From Planctomycetota bacterium (GTDB lineage Bacteria > Planctomycetota > PLA2 > JAEUHO01), in the NCBI GenBank assembly GCA_965223505.1, contig CBDCWP010000021.1, positions 96,001-160,000 on the forward strand: a stretch of 64,000 nt of DNA. Reading direction: 5' to 3'. The translations under genes and the position numbers were made by a program. A model generated the notes under the pieces. It was given only the letters and a program-made list of their open reading frames with translations, did no database searches and had not been told where the DNA came from. This document shows, piece after piece, positions 59,955-64,000 of this stretch (the first letter of the stretch is position 1; each line of letters begins with the position of its first letter).

Positions 59955-61582
59955 CGCAGCGTCCGGTCGAGATCGACCACGATCGTCGCGCCGGGCATCA
60001 TGCGTTCGCCTGCGTCCGCTTCAACCTCGACCTTCGGTGTGCTCAACGCTTCGGTGTGCTCCTCCCACCACTTTCGAGCGTGCTCGGCGTCCCATCCCTT
60101 CGCGTCAGCACAGTCGGCGAGCATCTCGCGTAACGCCCACGCGGATGCCGGCCTGGCGGCGGGGTCCTTGGCGAGGCACGACATGATCACGGCCTCGAGG
60201 TCGACGGCGAGCGACTCGCTGATGCGCTCCGACGGCGGCACGGGGTCCTCGTTGAGATGCTTCGAGCAGATGTCGATCACCGAGTCGCCCTCGAAGACCG
60301 GCTCGCCGGATAGTAGGTAGTACCCGACGCACCCGAGCGAGTAGAGATCGCTGCGATGGTCGACGTCGTCCGCTCGCATCGACTCCGGCGACATGTAGAG
60401 CGGCGTGCCCGCGACGATGCCGGCCTGGGTGATGTTCGCGTCTTCATCGACGCCGAGATCCTTGACGAGGCCGAAGTCGAGGATCTTGGCCACGTCCTGC
60501 TCGCCGCCCTGCTCGCACAGGAAGATGTTGGCCGGCTTGATGTCGCGGTGAATGAGACCGGTGCCGTGCGCTTCCGACAGCGCGCCCGCGATGTGGTCCA
60601 GCACGTGAATCACACGCGCCGCCGGCAACCTGCCGTCGGACTCGACGATCTCCTCCAGCGTCGCGCCGTCGAGCAGCTCCATCGCGTAGTAGAAGACGCC
60701 TTCCGGTGTGCGGCCGTAGTCGTAGACCGTGACGGTGTTGGGGTGGCTGAGCTGCGCGGTCAGCTGTACCTCGCGCTCGAAACGGCCCAGCGCGACCTCG
60801 CCGATCCGGTCCGGATGGAGCAGCTTGACGGCCGTGGGGCGACGCAGCATCGCGTGCCGGGCCTTGAACACCATGCCCATGCCGCCCTCGCCCAACTTCT
60901 CTTCGAGCGTGTACTGCCCGAGCCGCTCGGCCTTCTGCACCTGGCGACGCAGACCGTAGATGACCCTCGAGGCGGACCACGTCACCAACGTCGTGATGGT
61001 CCACCACATCGTGGTCATCGTGGCCATGGCGAACGCGGCCTTGGGCCGGTCGAGCGACTCGGCGGAGATGATCGCCAGCTCGTCGAACTCGGGGCCGGCG
61101 TTGTAGTACGAGAGGTACTGGATGGCGACGAGCGGCATGCCGATCACGATGGCCAACCACGCGGTGCGCGTCGCGCTGCTGGGCACGTAGACGGCGCGCG
61201 CGATCAGGCCGAACGACAACGACATGATGACGATGTGGTCCGGCCGCACCATGAGCGGCAGCGAACGCCCCATCATCATGGCCGCGAGGGAAGCGGCGAA
61301 GATGCCCCCCGCCTCGACGTATCGCACGTAGCGCGCGCTGCACCCGGGCTTGCGGCAGAGGAGCCAGATGAGCAGGAAGCTCAGGATGCAGACGTAGTGC
61401 CAGACGAACGACGGGTGGAGCAGCTCGTTGTACATGCTGCCGATCGCCGCCAGCACGACACGGAAGAGCGCCGCGACGCCGAACAGACCGGCGGCGAAGA
61501 GCCCGAAGCGCGCGACCCGGCTGCGGAGGAACGCCCGCCCCTCCTCGGTGCTCGCGAAGCTGTCGGCGCCCGTGGACCACAT
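59951..61582 (-). CDS. Membrane-bound Ser/Thr kinase with N-terminal multi-TM sensor region
   Basis: About 6 TM helices, then LGQY, GEGGMG, HRDIKPAN, DFGLVK, GTPLYMSPE. Confidence 0.9.
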   Translation of the reverse strand: MWSTGADSFASTEEGRAFLRSRVARFGLFAAGLFGVAALFRVVLAAIGSMYNELLHPSFVWHYVCILSFLLIWLLCRKPGCSARYVRYVEAGGIFAASLAAMMMGRSLPLMVRPDHIVIMSLSFGLIARAVYVPSSATRTAWLAIVIGMPLVAIQYLSYYNAGPEFDELAIISAESLDRPKAAFAMATMTTMWWTITTLVTWSASRVIYGLRRQVQKAERLGQYTLEEKLGEGGMGMVFKARHAMLRRPTAVKLLHPDRIGEVALGRFEREVQLTAQLSHPNTVTVYDYGRTPEGVFYYAMELLDGATLEEIVESDGRLPAARVIHVLDHIAGALSEAHGTGLIHRDIKPANIFLCEQGGEQDVAKILDFGLVKDLGVDEDANITQAGIVAGTPLYMSPESMRADDVDHRSDLYSLGCVGYYLLSGEPVFEGDSVIDICSKHLNEDPVPPSERISESLAVDLEAVIMSCLAKDPAARPASAWALREMLADCADAKGWDAEHARKWWEEHTEALSTPKVEVEADAGERMMPGATIVVDLDRTLR

Positions 61583-61747
61583 GCGGCTCCAACGTATCCG
61601 GCCCCGGGGCCCCGACGGCCAGACCCCGTCGCTCCGGGCTAACACCGACGCGCCGCCCGCGTCTTGTGGAGTGCCATGGGAACCGCTGTTGACGTCCTGC
61701 TCCTGGCCGGTCACCGTCGGTTCGCGAGAACTCGCCGGGAGCGGGGC

Positions 61748-62260
61748 ATGGACGCAGAGGACCGGCTCATCGTCGCCGCCGCGCGCGCCGGCGATCGCAA
61801 GGCGTTCGAACGCCTGCACCGGCGGTATGCCCGCATGGTGCACGCGATCCTGCTCGCGAGGGTCCCGGCCGGCGAGGCCGAGGATCTGACCCAGGACGTC
61901 TTCGTCACGGTGCTGCGCAAGCTGCCGAAGCTTCGCGACGACGGAGCGTTCGGGGGCTGGGTGGCGCGCATCGCGCGCAATCGGGCGGTGGACTTCCATC
62001 GGCGCAGGAAGCGAACGGAGACGCTGCCGGAAGAGGTACGCATCGAGGCCTCCAGAGCCGTGGAGGCGCGCGAAGCGCTGGACGCGATTCGCGCCTTGCC
62101 CGACGCGTATCGCGAGACGTTGTTGATGAGGTTGGTGGAGGGAATGAAAGGACCGGAGATCGCGTCGCGCACCGGGATGACCCCCGGGTCGGTGCGGGTG
62201 AACCTGCACCGCGGCATGAAGATGCTGCGCGAGCGATTGGGTTGGAAGGACGCGTCATGA
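61748..62260 (+). CDS. ECF sigma-70 factor
   Basis: ARAGDRKAF, EAEDLTQDVF, IARNRAVD, LPDAYRE, SVRVNLHRG. Confidence 0.92.
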   Translation: MDAEDRLIVAAARAGDRKAFERLHRRYARMVHAILLARVPAGEAEDLTQDVFVTVLRKLPKLRDDGAFGGWVARIARNRAVDFHRRRKRTETLPEEVRIEASRAVEAREALDAIRALPDAYRETLLMRLVEGMKGPEIASRTGMTPGSVRVNLHRGMKMLRERLGWKDAS

Positions 62261-63180
62261 GTGACGACAAGGACTATCTGTGGGACGGAACGGGCTCCGA
62301 CGAGGACGTCGAGCGGCTCGAGGCCTCTCTAGGGGGACTGCGGTACGACCGCACCGCGCCCGTGGCGACCAAGGCCGCGTCGCGCCTCTGGGTCTACGTC
62401 GCGGCCGCCGTCCTGCTCGTGGGCGTCGCGTACGGCGCCTTCGCGCTGACGAGCCGGGTCTTCGAGCCGACCGGCCCTCCGTCGTACATCCTCGGCGAGG
62501 GCGCGTTCGACGCGGGCAGCTGGATCGAGACCGGGGCGTCCAAGGCGCGCGTTCAGGTTGCGGACATCGGCTACGTCGACGTCCATCCGAGATCGCGCAT
62601 CCAAGCCGTTCGCTCCGGCTCGACCGAACACCGGTTGCACCTCGAGCGCGGACGCATCCACGCGAAGATCAACGCGCCGCCCCGGCTGTTCATCGTGGAT
62701 ACGCCGTCGGCGACGGCCGTCGACCAGGGGTGCGAGTACACCCTCGAGGTGGACGAGGACGGCAACGGCCTGCTGCGGGTGACGCTGGGCTGGGTCAACC
62801 TCGAGCTCGAAGACGGACTGGCCGAGGTGCCCCGCGGCGCGGCGTGCGAGTCGCGCAAGGACGCGGGCCTGGGCATCCCCTACTTCGAGGACGCGACGAG
62901 CGCGTTCCGCCACGCGCTCTCGGACCTGACGTTCGGCGACGACCCGAAGCTGGATGCGAAGCACTTCCAGACGGTTCTCGACGAGTCGCGGGAAAAGGAC
63001 TCGCTCACGCTGTGGCACCTCCTGCGCGAGGCGAAGCAGCAGTTCGTCCGCAAGCTGCTCGTCGGCAAGCTCATGGAGCACGTCCCGTTGCCGACGGGTG
63101 TGACCTTCGTGGGCCTGTGGAACGGCGACGACTACATGCTCGGCATCTACGAAGACGAGATCAAGCAGACCTGGTGGTAG
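62257..63180 (+). CDS. FecR-like anti-sigma factor
   Basis: ATGA overlap with the sigma gene; DYLWD N-terminus, TM helix, LERGRI...FIVDTPSATAVDQGC FecR-like beta region. Confidence 0.78.
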   Translation: MSDDKDYLWDGTGSDEDVERLEASLGGLRYDRTAPVATKAASRLWVYVAAAVLLVGVAYGAFALTSRVFEPTGPPSYILGEGAFDAGSWIETGASKARVQVADIGYVDVHPRSRIQAVRSGSTEHRLHLERGRIHAKINAPPRLFIVDTPSATAVDQGCEYTLEVDEDGNGLLRVTLGWVNLELEDGLAEVPRGAACESRKDAGLGIPYFEDATSAFRHALSDLTFGDDPKLDAKHFQTVLDESREKDSLTLWHLLREAKQQFVRKLLVGKLMEHVPLPTGVTFVGLWNGDDYMLGIYEDEIKQTWW

Positions 63181-63183
63181 CGT

Positions 63184-63732
63184 TCAAGAACTAGGCGGCG
63201 CCCCGACGTACGCGTCGATCGGAATCTGCAGCGCGTTGGCAGCGTGGCCGAAGAGCTGCGTCAGCCCGATCAGCAGGGTGAGATTCACGATCTCGGCCGA
63301 CGAGAAGTGCGCCTCCAGCTGCACGAACACGTCGTCGGAGATGTCGAGCGAGTCCCGCGCGTACTTCTCGGCATAGGTGAGCGCCGCTCGCTCCGGCTCG
63401 CTGAAGGCGCCGAGGTCGCCGTCGCGTAACGCGTCGATCTCGTCCATGGTCGCGTCGTGCTCGAGCGCGAACGCCTTGTGAAGCGTCAAACAGTAGTGGC
63501 TCTGGAGCGTGAACGAGACCTGCACCATCACCAGTTCCGTCAGCCGGGGCGGGAACGAAGACTGCGCATAGATCGAGTCGAACATGCCGAGGAGCGGTGC
63601 CAGCGCCGGCGGGTAGTGCGCCATCGTTCGAAAGAGGTTCGGCACCTTCTCGAACCGTTCGTGGAGAGCGTCGAAGAACGCTTGGCCCGACGCGTCGGCG
63701 TCGTCTCGTTCCACGAGGCGAATGCGGGGCAT
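63184..63732 (-). CDS. AhpD/carboxymuconolactone decarboxylase family protein
   Basis: VPNLFRTMAH.P, EL...VS...SHYCLTLH, ERAAL.YA, HFS..EIV; GGAG RBS. Confidence 0.85.
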   Translation of the reverse strand: MPRIRLVERDDADASGQAFFDALHERFEKVPNLFRTMAHYPPALAPLLGMFDSIYAQSSFPPRLTELVMVQVSFTLQSHYCLTLHKAFALEHDATMDEIDALRDGDLGAFSEPERAALTYAEKYARDSLDISDDVFVQLEAHFSSAEIVNLTLLIGLTQLFGHAANALQIPIDAYVGAPPSS

Positions 63733-63809
63733 GGGGTTCTCCTGTTCGGCGTCCAATCCTACGCTCGAGCGCCGGGGGGTTGCCAACGCCTCCGGAATCC
63801 GCATCCTGG

Positions 63810-63835
63810 GGAACCGGAAGCGCTGCCGGCGCGTT
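63810..63835 (+). promoter_or_regulatory. Possible ECF-type promoter (GGAAC-N18-GTT)
   Basis: GGAAC at 63810-63814 and GTT at 63833-63835, upstream of the RBS and ATG at 63856. Confidence 0.35.
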
Positions 63836-63855
63836 GCAGGAGAAGGGAGGTCCTC

Positions 63856-64000
63856 ATGGGTCATCGATTCACGCTTCGCGCGGTGATCTGGATCGTGGTG
63901 TCGGTCCTGACGGCGGGCGCGGCCGGCGCGGACGACATCAAGGAGGTGAGCCCCGACGCCCAGGTCAAGGGCCGCAAGTCGCGCGGCAAGCTTTGTTCCT
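63856..64000 (+). CDS. Secreted protein, 3'-truncated by the window edge
   Basis: GGAGG RBS; MGHRFTLRAVIWIVVSVLTAGAAGA signal peptide; frame open to the window end. Confidence 0.6.
   Translation, partial: MGHRFTLRAVIWIVVSVLTAGAAGADDIKEVSPDAQVKGRKSRGKLCS

Overview
High-GC bacterial DNA that looks Planctomycetota-like (inferred from ECF sigma/Ser-Thr kinase modules, an FGE-sulfatase protein and many secreted hypotheticals). About 43 genes; no rRNA, tRNA, CRISPR array or transposase recognised. Metabolic and housekeeping genes: a partial ADP-forming acyl-CoA synthetase, a molybdopterin oxidoreductase with a fused FeS-NrfD partner, beta-oxidation genes, MDR dehydrogenases, ettA, a Rieske oxygenase and E. 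coli-type frdABCD. Signalling genes: five Hanks kinases, three ECF sigma factors, two anti-sigma factors, an HD-GYP pair and MarR. Top finding: two ORFs that the track splits (21140-20949 and 20867-20145, minus strand) are one reading frame interrupted by two adjacent TGA codons. These fall at the active-site position of a secreted thioredoxin-like fold and are followed by a bacterial SECIS-like hairpin with a GGUC loop, giving a candidate selenoprotein with a vicinal Sec-Sec (UU) motif. It sits upstream of a DNRLRE/Trx/alpha-toroid protein, and the pair is bracketed by GTAG-REP clusters. Also notable: two MauG-like di-haem enzymes sharing an unrecognised C-terminal domain, a three-member secreted paralogue family, a Zn anti-sigma fused to ExbD-like domains, a compositionally distinct kinase island, and an MDR pair with complementary loss of Zn ligands. 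All family assignments come from motif reading, not database searches.
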